Shown here one piece after another: positions 50,037 through 58,878 of a stretch of 64,000 bases of DNA (position 1 is the stretch's first letter; the number at the start of each line of letters is the position of its first letter). Made by a program: the position numbers and the translations under genes. This DNA is from Candidatus Buchananbacteria bacterium (GTDB taxonomy: Bacteria > Patescibacteriota > Patescibacteriia > 2-01-FULL-39-33). The notes under the pieces were generated by a model that was given only the letters and a program-made list of their open reading frames with translations, had not been told where the DNA came from and ran no database searches. The stretch lies in NCBI GenBank assembly GCA_041665065.1, contig JBAYJM010000003.1, positions 5,183 to 69,182 of the forward strand, in the 5' to 3' direction.

Positions 50037-50423
50037 TTATGCCTTCCAAAGTCCATGCAAATTGCAATATTCTCTTACAATATATTCCTCTTTCGCTAAA
50101 GCTTCGGCGGGCAAAGCAAATTCTGCTTCCGGAGCATCGCCTGGCCTTAGATATTTTCTTAATACTTCATCGCCGGCAATTACTTCAATCCATTCTATAT
50201 AATGGGATTCTTCCATTGGATGAGCAACTGAGCCGACTTTAACTTTTATGCCAGTTGCGGTTTTTTCAACTACCGGCACATGCTTTTCCTGTGAGGCATC
50301 GACGGTATTAACTTTTTGAAGTTGCATCGGCTGTCCGCAACACACCAAACCACCACCACCAACATGGACTAACTCAACAATATTTCCGCATGATTCGCAT
50401 TTGTATATTTGGTTTATTTCCAT
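50037..50423 (-). CDS. dfx: Desulfoferrodoxin (superoxide reductase)
   Basis: [36 protein letters not shown]. Confidence 0.95.
   Translation of the reverse strand: MEINQIYKCESCGNIVELVHVGGGGLVCCGQPMQLQKVNTVDASQEKHVPVVEKTATGIKVKVGSVAHPMEESHYIEWIEVIAGDEVLRKYLRPGDAPEAEFALPAEALAKEEYIVREYCNLHGLWKA
50087..50114. repeat. Palindromic element inserted in frame in dfx
   Basis: CCTCTTTCGCTAAAGCTTCGGCGGGCAA, encoding most of [10 protein letters not shown]. Confidence 0.65.
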
Positions 50424-50433
50424 ATTTTTTTAA

Positions 50434-51027
50434 TTAGTAATTTTCAGATTTTAACTGATAAAAAGCCTGGGCATGATCACAGGATGGACAAACTTCCGGG
50501 GCTTCTTTGCCGAAATGCACATAACCACATTCCCGGCAGACCCAAAAAACTTCCTCGTCTTTTTTAAAAACTGTGCCAGCCTTTAAATTATCAAGCAACT
50601 TCTGATATCTTTCATGGTGATGTTCTTCGGCTTTGGCAATTGAGCGAAGTCTGTTGGCAATTTCCGGCAAACCTTCTTTGTCAGCAATTTCTGCAAATTC
50701 AGGATACATAGTTGTATGTTCATATGTTTCGCCATCAACTGCTGATTGTAAATTTTCTGCTGTAGTTCCTAAAATAAAAGCGTCTTTAGTTAAAATAATT
50801 TCCGCAACCTCGTCAGGAAAATCAGCTCCCATTTTTTCTTTTAAAATTTGAATTGTTTCAAAAAGTTTTTTAGCATGTTCCTTCTCTTGCTCAGCTGTTT
50901 CTAAAAAATTACCGGCAATCTGTTCATAACCTTCTTTTTTTGCCTTGCTGGCATAAAAAGAATAACGATTTCTTGCCTGAGATTCGCCAACATAGGCCTT
51001 GGCTAGGCATTTAAGTGTTTCTTGCAT
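50434..51027 (-). CDS. rbr: Rubrerythrin
   Basis: GESQARNRY, EKEHAK, EEHH, CRECG and CPSC rubredoxin domain. Confidence 0.95.
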   Translation of the reverse strand: MQETLKCLAKAYVGESQARNRYSFYASKAKKEGYEQIAGNFLETAEQEKEHAKKLFETIQILKEKMGADFPDEVAEIILTKDAFILGTTAENLQSAVDGETYEHTTMYPEFAEIADKEGLPEIANRLRSIAKAEEHHHERYQKLLDNLKAGTVFKKDEEVFWVCRECGYVHFGKEAPEVCPSCDHAQAFYQLKSENY

Positions 51028-51145
51028 GATTTATAGAGTTAATTTTAATAAAATATATAACCTGAATCCAGCTGAAATAAACACCAGCTGTCACAGAGGC
51101 AACTTATAAAAACATTTTAACATTAGAACACCTAAAGGGCAACCG

Positions 51146-51400
51146 CTATTTTATTGCCTTTTCCTGCTTTAAGATCCTGATTTTAGCCATTTCTCCCCTA
51201 TTATATCCTCCAATTTTACCGTCTGACCTTATAACTCTATGACAAGGAATTAATGGATTGTAATTTTTGTTTAAAATATTACCAACAGCGCGATATGCTT
51301 TTGGGGAACCAGCCATTTGAGCGACTTGTTTATAAGTCAAAAATTGCCCCTTTTCTATGTTTTTAACAATATTTAAAATTTTTTGCTTGAATTCTGACAT
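51146..51400 (-). CDS. Minimal O6-alkylguanine DNA alkyltransferase (MGMT family)
   Basis: RAVGNIL, PCHRV active site. Confidence 0.9.
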   Translation of the reverse strand: MSEFKQKILNIVKNIEKGQFLTYKQVAQMAGSPKAYRAVGNILNKNYNPLIPCHRVIRSDGKIGGYNRGEMAKIRILKQEKAIK

Positions 51401-51449
51401 GAGAAAATTATATCAGAAACAAATATATTAGCAACATTTAATTATTACA

Positions 51450-51489
51450 AACAAAAAAACCCAAAGCAAAAAGGCTTGGGTTTTTTGTT
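51450..51489 (-). terminator. Intrinsic terminator
   Basis: AACAAAAAAACCCAAAGC / GCTTGGGTTTTTTGTT. Confidence 0.7.
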
Positions 51490-51496
51490 GGCATAA

Positions 51497-53173
51497 CTAT
51501 AAAGATAATCCTGTCCCAATAATCTGTAAATCCAAGTTTCTTTGAAAACCTTGACTATTTTTATTGTCTAAATTTAATAATTGCCTATCTAAAAATAGCG
51601 CTGCCTTATTCCAAGAATTAACTCCCAATCGATCATTGTAATTTCCATATCCCATTAATGGACCTAAAATAAAATTATAAAATTGGGGAAACCATTCGTC
51701 TACCATCAAGGGATAGTTTATTTCTAAGAATCCATGGTTAGATCCGTCATAGTAATTTGTTTCAACACTTGCTCCAACTTTTTTTAAAAGGTTTTCCATC
51801 CTTGCTGACTGTGAAAACTCCACAAAGATATCTTTTTTGCCGTGAACAATCATAAATTTAGGAAAATTACTATTACGAATGGTCGTTGTATTGATATAAT
51901 TAAGCGGAGAATAAGTCAAATAAACCCCTGGGCTACTTGAATTATATGCTACTCCTAATAATTTTTGTCCAAGACCAGATACATTTGCTATGGTTGTATA
52001 CCAAGATTTTACATCGCCTTGACCTTCATTCTCAGGCAACTGATTAATTAATTGAGCCAGAACGGCCGATTTATTTTGCACAGCAGGAGCAATCCCATTT
52101 TCACCTGGATAAGCCTTGTAAGGATTACCCATATTAGTAATTAAATCCGAAATTCCATAAAATATTACAGCTGTATTAATTTTACCTCTTGTTTCCGGCA
52201 TAGTTGCTAACAAATTAGCAAAATGCCCACCAGAGCTTGATCCAATTAATCCAATCCTTGTTTTATCAATATTATAATTTCTTATGCTTGCATCTGATAG
52301 TATCCAGTTTAAAGCTGATTTACAATCTTCAAGCATGTCAGGTATAAGAGCTGGGCTTAAGCGATAATTATTCGCAATCACAATATATCCCCTATTAGCC
52401 AAGTCAACTGCATAATACTTCCACCATTCTTTATTTTCTAACATGTATCCCCCGCCATGAATAAGTAATATGGTGGGCTTAGGCGAACCCAAATTATAAT
52501 CTTTAGGGAGATATAAATCTAGTTTTTGCTTAGCAAGACTTCCATAACTAATATCCTTTATAATCCTTAAATCTTTTGTAGAATTTTCAATTTTAATTCC
52601 ATCAAATAAACATCTATAATTACCCAAAGATCTATCATTTTCTTGGGCTAAGGTAATGCTTTTTATTGTCTTACCCTTCATGGATGAAATATCTGCATTT
52701 CGCTTAAGCCAGCGTCTCAATAAATATTTATTGGACACTAAAGGTGTTTTGAATTGATCCTGAGTTGTTATTGGTAATTTAGTGCCATCGGAAAAATCAA
52801 TGCTTAAACCGCAACCTGGCCCATCAACAATATATGTCCAAAAGGATAAAATATCACCTGAAGCTACTAAGTGGCCACTATAATTTAACTCTTCTCCCTG
52901 GGACCAAGATGAATAAGAATAGTCATTTCCAACCCCAAGAACGGTGTATATACCAGTAAATGACATCAAAGAACTTCCCTCTTTAGGATAGACGCCAGAA
53001 TAACTAGTACTTTCAGAAATGGATACATCTCTTATTCCCCTGTTTGCCGAGTTGGTTAATAAAGGAATAATTATATGAGTGAGTGCTAAAAATCCACAGG
53101 CAATAAACACTAAAATAGTTAATAAAATACTAAGTTTAGTGCCATTTTTTAATTCTACAGATCGAATTTTCAT
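51497..53173 (-). CDS. Membrane-anchored HSL-family esterase with N-terminal beta-sandwich domain
   Basis: TM anchor, LDLYLP, IHGGG, NYRL, GSSSGG, HGKKD, SNHGF. Confidence 0.85.
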   Translation of the reverse strand: MKIRSVELKNGTKLSILLTILVFIACGFLALTHIIIPLLTNSANRGIRDVSISESTSYSGVYPKEGSSLMSFTGIYTVLGVGNDYSYSSWSQGEELNYSGHLVASGDILSFWTYIVDGPGCGLSIDFSDGTKLPITTQDQFKTPLVSNKYLLRRWLKRNADISSMKGKTIKSITLAQENDRSLGNYRCLFDGIKIENSTKDLRIIKDISYGSLAKQKLDLYLPKDYNLGSPKPTILLIHGGGYMLENKEWWKYYAVDLANRGYIVIANNYRLSPALIPDMLEDCKSALNWILSDASIRNYNIDKTRIGLIGSSSGGHFANLLATMPETRGKINTAVIFYGISDLITNMGNPYKAYPGENGIAPAVQNKSAVLAQLINQLPENEGQGDVKSWYTTIANVSGLGQKLLGVAYNSSSPGVYLTYSPLNYINTTTIRNSNFPKFMIVHGKKDIFVEFSQSARMENLLKKVGASVETNYYDGSNHGFLEINYPLMVDEWFPQFYNFILGPLMGYGNYNDRLGVNSWNKAALFLDRQLLNLDNKNSQGFQRNLDLQIIGTGLSL

Positions 53174-53189
53174 AGCTATTAACTAACGT

Positions 53190-54158
53190 TTATCGAGCTG
53201 TCGAGGTGGAACTTGTTGTAGCTGTAGTAGACGTCGTGACCGGAGTACTCGTAGAAGGGCTTACGGCAGGAATCTTGCCCCAAAAATATCTTTTAGCATC
53301 AGGGCCAATATACCAAATATTTCCACCCTTATCATTTTGAATAAATATTTTACCTTTATTTGCCTGAGCGAATTTAGCATCAAGACCCAACTTTTTAACT
53401 GCGACCAGAGGATCGTAATCTGAAAGCATTTCTTGCTTATCGCTAAACTTATCGCCATCTGTATCTGCACTGTTTGGATTTGTACCAAGCGCGGTTTCTA
53501 CGGCATCAGAAAGACCATCACCATCACTATCCGTACCTGAATTTAAATTACTATCAGCTAAAGAAAATTTCTGTAAATCTTTGCTAGAAATATTTGTAGC
53601 AATTTTATTTATGTTTCCAAACATGCCAATAGCCACCGTTCCCAGTTCTTTATACTTATCATAGTCGCCCATGAGCGCCGATTGTTGATCCATGGAATTT
53701 TTTAACTCTTGCATCTTTACATCCAATTCTTTTTGATTATCAATTCTGGCCTGATTTAATTGAGCGATTTGAGAATCCCTGCTTGATAAGTTTTGAGTTG
53801 CTGTATTTAGATTGCCTTCCGCTTCTTTTAATTTTGTTTGAAATGTATTAGCAGATTCCAAAAGCTTGGTGTTATCCATGTAAATTCTAACCATATAGGC
53901 GACCATCGCTACAAAAATTACAATGATTACTAGATAAAAAAACCATCTTTGCCAACGCCTTTTTTTAATTTCATGGTGTGTTCTGGCATTTGCCGCCTGA
54001 GCCTGCATTTGCATTGTGCTGATCTGAGCCTGCTGTTGCTGGGGCTGCGGGGCATATTGTGATTGTTGAGGAGCAGGAGCCAGGGCTAAATTTACTCCAC
54101 AATTTGGACAGATTACCGAGGTATCCGGTATCTGTGCCTTGCAATTAAAGCAAACCAT
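53190..54158 (-). CDS. Zinc-ribbon, TM, coiled-coil, TSP3-like Ca-binding protein
   Basis: CxxC..CPNCG, Gln-rich linker, TM, DSDGDGLSD..DTDGD, Ser/Thr tail. Confidence 0.75.
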   Translation of the reverse strand: MVCFNCKAQIPDTSVICPNCGVNLALAPAPQQSQYAPQPQQQQAQISTMQMQAQAANARTHHEIKKRRWQRWFFYLVIIVIFVAMVAYMVRIYMDNTKLLESANTFQTKLKEAEGNLNTATQNLSSRDSQIAQLNQARIDNQKELDVKMQELKNSMDQQSALMGDYDKYKELGTVAIGMFGNINKIATNISSKDLQKFSLADSNLNSGTDSDGDGLSDAVETALGTNPNSADTDGDKFSDKQEMLSDYDPLVAVKKLGLDAKFAQANKGKIFIQNDKGGNIWYIGPDAKRYFWGKIPAVSPSTSTPVTTSTTATTSSTSTAR

Positions 54159-54235
54159 ATTTTTGATTTTCTTAATTATGAGATAAACGCTTTATGATAT
54201 TATAGCACATATTAATAAAACAAGCTAAATATAGC

Positions 54236-55018
54236 CTAGGCATATTTTTCAATCCAACCCAAAAAAATCTTTTTTAATTCCCGCAGATGTTTTTTGGACC
54301 TGAAAGTATGTGGGGCATTTTTAATAATGCAAAGCTCCTTAGGTTCAGGCAAAGCTTGATATAAAATTTCAATATGATCCCTTGGTATTGTGCCATCCCT
54401 ATCACCAGCAACCAAAAGCACCGGCATTGTTAATTTTGACACCTCTTTTAAAAGGTTGTATTTCATGCAATCCCTAATAAAGGCCTGGGCCAGTTTTTTT
54501 ATTTTCTTTGTGTCGGTTGTTTTTAGGCCTTTAAGCCAGGATATTTTACGGCACACATTAGGATCATCAAAATCGTATTTTTTATGCGATTCATAAACCA
54601 ATTTCCCGGAAACAACAGTAGATATGGGAGCCAGGAGAGAAACTTTTTTTGGATTTTTTTGAGCATACATTGAAATGCAAATTCCGCCAAGACTATGTCC
54701 AGCCAAGGCAAATGGCTCCTGATACCATGACTGAATTTTTGACCAGGCAATGACATCCTCAAGGTCTTGGTAATAATTTGTCGCTCTTGCGTTTTCTAAA
54801 CACCCCTCGCCTTCACCGACCGAATTAGCAACGTCAAAACGAACGACTGTAAAATTTTTTTGTCGAAAAGCATCAGCCACTATTTGCAAATGACCCTGTT
54901 CTTTAAATCCTCCAAGTCCGTGCATTATAAAAACTAATCCATTTTGTTTTTTGTGTTTCTCCACAATAATGGATAAGTTCTTCTTTTTGCGATTTCTAAT
55001 AAATAATTTTTCCCTCAT
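54236..55018 (-). CDS. Alpha/beta hydrolase
   Basis: HGLGG, GHSLGG, GDRD, APHTF; start moved to ATG at 55018 because the longer ORF crosses tRNA-Ser. Confidence 0.88.
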   Translation of the reverse strand: MREKLFIRNRKKKNLSIIVEKHKKQNGLVFIMHGLGGFKEQGHLQIVADAFRQKNFTVVRFDVANSVGEGEGCLENARATNYYQDLEDVIAWSKIQSWYQEPFALAGHSLGGICISMYAQKNPKKVSLLAPISTVVSGKLVYESHKKYDFDDPNVCRKISWLKGLKTTDTKKIKKLAQAFIRDCMKYNLLKEVSKLTMPVLLVAGDRDGTIPRDHIEILYQALPEPKELCIIKNAPHTFRSKKHLRELKKIFLGWIEKYA

Positions 55019-55034
55019 GCTATGATTTTTACTT

Positions 55035-55121
55035 CGGAGAAGGGGGGATTTGAACCCCCGAGAGCTTTGACACCCTACTCGCTTTCCAAGCGAGCGCACT
55101 AGACCACTATGCGACCTCTCC
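55035..55121 (-). tRNA. tRNA-Ser(GGA), CCA not encoded
   Basis: GGAGAGG acceptor, anticodon arm CTCGC-TTGGAAA-GCGAG, long variable arm, GGTTCAAATCC. Confidence 0.95.
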
Positions 55122-55255
55122 ATGCTATAGGCAAGACCATCCACCGCTATGGATAACCTATTCTTATTATATGCTACCGTGAGACAACCCTCCAATATAT
55201 TTTATTAAAATATCTTAAATTTTACATTAAAAAACAAACTTTGTCCAATAAAACA

Positions 55256-55287
55256 AAGAACACTTCACACCTGTGTGAAGTGCTCTT
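55256..55287 (-). terminator. Probable terminator
   Basis: AAGAACACTTCACAC-CT-GTGTGAAGTGCTCTT. Confidence 0.7.
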
Positions 55288-55298
55288 CTAAAAAACTT

Positions 55299-56306
55299 TT
55301 AATTTGTTGCACAATCTGCAGCAGCAGTATTAGCCGTTGTGCCTTCACCAAAGCCCGGGGCAGGCGTTGCACTGGACAAGCTAGCCTTAGAACAGGCATC
55401 TGGAGCATTATTGAAAGCTCCACAGATCGTCTTTAAAAGACTGGCGCTATCTCTGGCAGTTTCCACCTGGGCTCCGTTTATTACCAAAGTCGGAGATCCT
55501 TGTACGCCATATTTTTCAGCATCTGTTTTATATATATTGAAAGGAGGATAATTTCCTAGCCATGTCTGCTTATTATTAAAATTTTCAGTAATTTTGAATT
55601 CCTTATCGGAACTACTGATACAACTGTCTAATTTTCCTTGATTGATTCCATTGCTAGCCAAGCAAGAAGCGGAATCACCAGCCTTCAAAAAGCAAGTCAG
55701 ATATGGCATAAGTTTGTCACCCTGGGTCTTGTCGATACAATATTGCTTCAAATTTTCATCTACTTCCTTTTTGTCGTGCATTGCATAATTGACAAATTTC
55801 AAACTGAAATCAATTTTATTTCCCAACGCTTCGACGACAGGAATTATTCCTTTTTCAATTTGTGTTCCATATGGGCAATAGCTCATAATAAACAATTCCA
55901 CTTTCGGCTTATTACTTTTGGTTACGTTAGCCGATGCTTGAGGGGTCTGGGTATTTACCTGCTTATCTGTTGAGGATGAAGGTGAAATATCTATAGCGGC
56001 GGGAAAGATTTTTGTTCCGTCTTTGGTTACGTAGGCCTCAGCCTTTTGCTCGCCCAAACTAATTTGCATTTTATACAAACCACAATTGAAATTTTCAATT
56101 GAATCGATTTGTGCGGCCGCTTGCCCTTGAGGCAAATCTTTATTAACAAAATTTTGCACTACCTGTTTTGCCTTAGCGGCGGTTAAATTCTTGCCGCTGA
56201 AAGTCTGCAGACCGTAAACAACGCCTGAAATGATAAGCATTATTATAAAGCCCGCAATAAAGCCTACGAGAAAATTTTTTCCTCTTGGCATTTTTGCTTC
56301 GTCCAT
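55299..56306 (-). CDS. Membrane-anchored DsbA/thioredoxin-fold protein
   Basis: TM, YVTKDG, FIMSYCPYG, GVQGSPTLVING, several extra Cys. Confidence 0.75.
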   Translation of the reverse strand: MDEAKMPRGKNFLVGFIAGFIIMLIISGVVYGLQTFSGKNLTAAKAKQVVQNFVNKDLPQGQAAAQIDSIENFNCGLYKMQISLGEQKAEAYVTKDGTKIFPAAIDISPSSSTDKQVNTQTPQASANVTKSNKPKVELFIMSYCPYGTQIEKGIIPVVEALGNKIDFSLKFVNYAMHDKKEVDENLKQYCIDKTQGDKLMPYLTCFLKAGDSASCLASNGINQGKLDSCISSSDKEFKITENFNNKQTWLGNYPPFNIYKTDAEKYGVQGSPTLVINGAQVETARDSASLLKTICGAFNNAPDACSKASLSSATPAPGFGEGTTANTAAADCATN

Positions 56307-56317
56307 ATTTTTTACCT

Positions 56318-56854
56318 TTATTTATTAATTAATTTATTTAAAATTATTTCAAATTCATTTGCTTCCGCGTTAAGATCGCTGTTTTGTTCATAGCCGTTTC
56401 CAATTCGATAATATTTACAACCAAAGACAAAAGTAGGAACTCCCCCGCCCGGATTGAATTCATTAAAAACCGCAAACGCCTCTTTAGGGACTAACTTTTC
56501 TGTTTCAGAAGTCAGCAAATCATCACCCGAATCTAAATCATAATGATACGCTTTTATCTTTCCGCTGGCAACATACCTTCTAACAATTTTATCAAATGTA
56601 TCTTTTATCCATAGACAATGCGAGCAATTACTTGTAGAAAAAAGATAAACCACCGGCTTGCCGTCTTCTTGGCAGATTTCGCTATTATTATTAACTCTAA
56701 ATGTTGAGCTTGTTGATGGCTGCTTATTAAAAACAGAAAAAACAATCCAAAAAACTAAGCTTATAATTACAATAACTGCCAAACCCAAAACCAAACCAAG
56801 AAAAAAATCCTTGTTTTTTAATAACGCCAATAATTTATTTTTGCCACCTTCCAT
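56318..56854 (-). CDS. Membrane-anchored thioredoxin/glutaredoxin-like protein
   Basis: TM, CSHC, cis-Pro loop GVPTF. Confidence 0.78.
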   Translation of the reverse strand: MEGGKNKLLALLKNKDFFLGLVLGLAVIVIISLVFWIVFSVFNKQPSTSSTFRVNNNSEICQEDGKPVVYLFSTSNCSHCLWIKDTFDKIVRRYVASGKIKAYHYDLDSGDDLLTSETEKLVPKEAFAVFNEFNPGGGVPTFVFGCKYYRIGNGYEQNSDLNAEANEFEIILNKLINK

Positions 56855-56868
56855 TATCTAAGTGTAAA

Positions 56869-58326
56869 TTATTTTAATTGAGGTTTCTGTTTGTGCCAAT
56901 CGGTTATTTGCTGAAATTGATGGCCAGCCCGAAGAATTGTTTTCTCATCAAATCTCTTGCCAAGAATTTGCATGCCAACAGGAAGCCCATTAGCCATGCC
57001 AGCTGGAATAGATAATCCGCAAATACCTGCGAGCGACGCAGGAACAGTAAAGACATCTTCCAAATACATTTTTAGCGGATCAGATATTTTTTCGCCAATC
57101 TTATATGCCGTTGTCGGAGCAACTGGAGTTAAAATGACATCAACTTTTTCAAAAGCATCATCAAAATCTTTTTTAACTAATGTTCTGACTTTCATTGCTT
57201 TTTTATAGTAGGCATCATAATAGCCAGCTGAAAGCGCATAAGTTCCAATCATAATTCTTCTTTTTGCTTCTTGTCCAAAACCTTCTGCTCTTGATTGCAA
57301 ATAAATATTTAACAAATCACCATCTCTTTTGGATAAGCCATATTTAATGCCGTCATATTTTGCCAAATTAGAAGAAACTTCTGCGGGCTGGATTACATAA
57401 TATGAAGCCAAGGCAAAATCAGTCATTGGTAATGAAATATCTAAGATTTCCGCACCCAATTCTTCAAATTTTTTAAGTGCTTCTAAAATAGAGGTTCTAA
57501 CTCCCTCATCCATTCCCTCAATAAAATATTCCTTTGGCAAACCGATCTTCAAGCCGTTAATATCTTTTTTTATCTCGCTTAAATAATCATCCACATCAAT
57601 CGGAGGAGTTGTTGAATCTTTTGGATCACGGCCAGCAATATATTTTAAAATCAAAGCAACGTCCTCAACGCTTTTGCCAATCGGTCCAATAGTATCTAAA
57701 GATGATGCATCGGCAACAACGCCATATCTTGAAACTCGACCATAACTCACTTTCAAACCAGTTACTCCGCAAAAAGATGCGGGTTGCCTGATTGATCCGC
57801 CAGTATCAGTGCCGATTGAAAAAATACTCTCGTCGGCTGCGATGGAAGCTGTTGAGCCACCACTAGTTCCACCCGGCACCCTGTCCAAATCCCAAGGATT
57901 ATGGGTTGTAAAAAATGCTGAATTTTCCGTTGATCCACCCATTGCAAATTCATCTAAATTTGTTTTACCAACAATAACTGAATCATTATCTTTTAAAATT
58001 TTAACAACAGTCGCATCAAAAGGTGGAATATAATTTTCCAAAATTTTTGAAGCTGCAGTTGTTCTGACACCAGTCGTACATAATAAATCTTTTACTGAAA
58101 CAGGAATTCCAGCTAAAGGCGATAAACTTTCTCCGTTTTTAATTTTTTCATCAACTTTTTTCGCTTGCAATAAAGCACCATCCTTATCAAGAGTAACAAA
58201 AGCTTTTATTTTGTCTTCATGCTTTTCGATTTGATCAAAGCAAGCCTTAGTCAATTCTTCGCTAGAAAACTTTTTATCGCGAAGCCCTTCAAAAGATTCT
58301 AAAAGTGTTAATTCGTTTAATGCCAT
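56869..58326 (-). CDS. gatA: Asp/Glu-tRNA amidotransferase subunit A
   Basis: VKD, GKTNLDEFAMG, PGGTSGGS, GTDTGGSIRQPA, RRIMIGTY. Confidence 0.97.
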   Translation of the reverse strand: MALNELTLLESFEGLRDKKFSSEELTKACFDQIEKHEDKIKAFVTLDKDGALLQAKKVDEKIKNGESLSPLAGIPVSVKDLLCTTGVRTTAASKILENYIPPFDATVVKILKDNDSVIVGKTNLDEFAMGGSTENSAFFTTHNPWDLDRVPGGTSGGSTASIAADESIFSIGTDTGGSIRQPASFCGVTGLKVSYGRVSRYGVVADASSLDTIGPIGKSVEDVALILKYIAGRDPKDSTTPPIDVDDYLSEIKKDINGLKIGLPKEYFIEGMDEGVRTSILEALKKFEELGAEILDISLPMTDFALASYYVIQPAEVSSNLAKYDGIKYGLSKRDGDLLNIYLQSRAEGFGQEAKRRIMIGTYALSAGYYDAYYKKAMKVRTLVKKDFDDAFEKVDVILTPVAPTTAYKIGEKISDPLKMYLEDVFTVPASLAGICGLSIPAGMANGLPVGMQILGKRFDEKTILRAGHQFQQITDWHKQKPQLK

Positions 58327-58354
58327 ATTTTTAATATTTCAAATGGAAAGTAAT

Positions 58355-58648
58355 TTATTTATTTTCAAAAATTTTAGGAATGGCAACATAGCCGTCTTTG
58401 TGGGCCGGTGCGCATTCGACTAAATCCTTTTCAATTCCTGATTCAATAATTTCGTCTTCTCGCATAACGCTAGTTAGTCCAGTTACCTGGGAAGTCGGTT
58501 CGATATTTTGGGTATCAACAGACTGCAACTTTTCCATGTATTCTAAAATGTTAGAAAGCTGGTTGCTATACTTCTCTTTTTCCTCTTGGGTCAGGCTAAG
58601 TCTTGCTAATTTGGCAATATGCTCGACTTCTTCAATAGATAATTTCAT
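58355..58648 (-). CDS. gatC: Asp/Glu-tRNA amidotransferase subunit C
   Basis: VEHIAKLARL, VDTQNIEPT, MRED. Confidence 0.95.
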   Translation of the reverse strand: MKLSIEEVEHIAKLARLSLTQEEKEKYSNQLSNILEYMEKLQSVDTQNIEPTSQVTGLTSVMREDEIIESGIEKDLVECAPAHKDGYVAIPKIFENK

Positions 58649-58732
58649 AAGTGAATAATTTATGATTACTCAATTATTTTAAGCCATTATTGGATATTTT
58701 TCAATAGTGGAGTTTTTAAAATAAGCCAAAAC

Positions 58733-58761
58733 TTGACATTTTATCAAAAGTATGCTATAAT
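58733..58761 (+). promoter_or_regulatory. Perfect-consensus sigma70 promoter
   Basis: TTGACA-17 nt-TATAAT with extended TG. Confidence 0.85.
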
Positions 58762-58878
58762 TATATATCGCTTAAGTGAGCGATGAGGCACATTGAAATA
58801 TGTGGAAAATAGCCCTAAGATGGGAAAGGCAATGTTTGCCTCTTCTTTCTGATGGCTTGGGCAGTTTAAGGGGGTATT

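Noticed and set aside
55019-55195. 59-aa N-terminal extension of the alpha/beta hydrolase ORF
   Set aside because: It reads through tRNA-Ser; the ATG at 55018 gives a normal-length hydrolase
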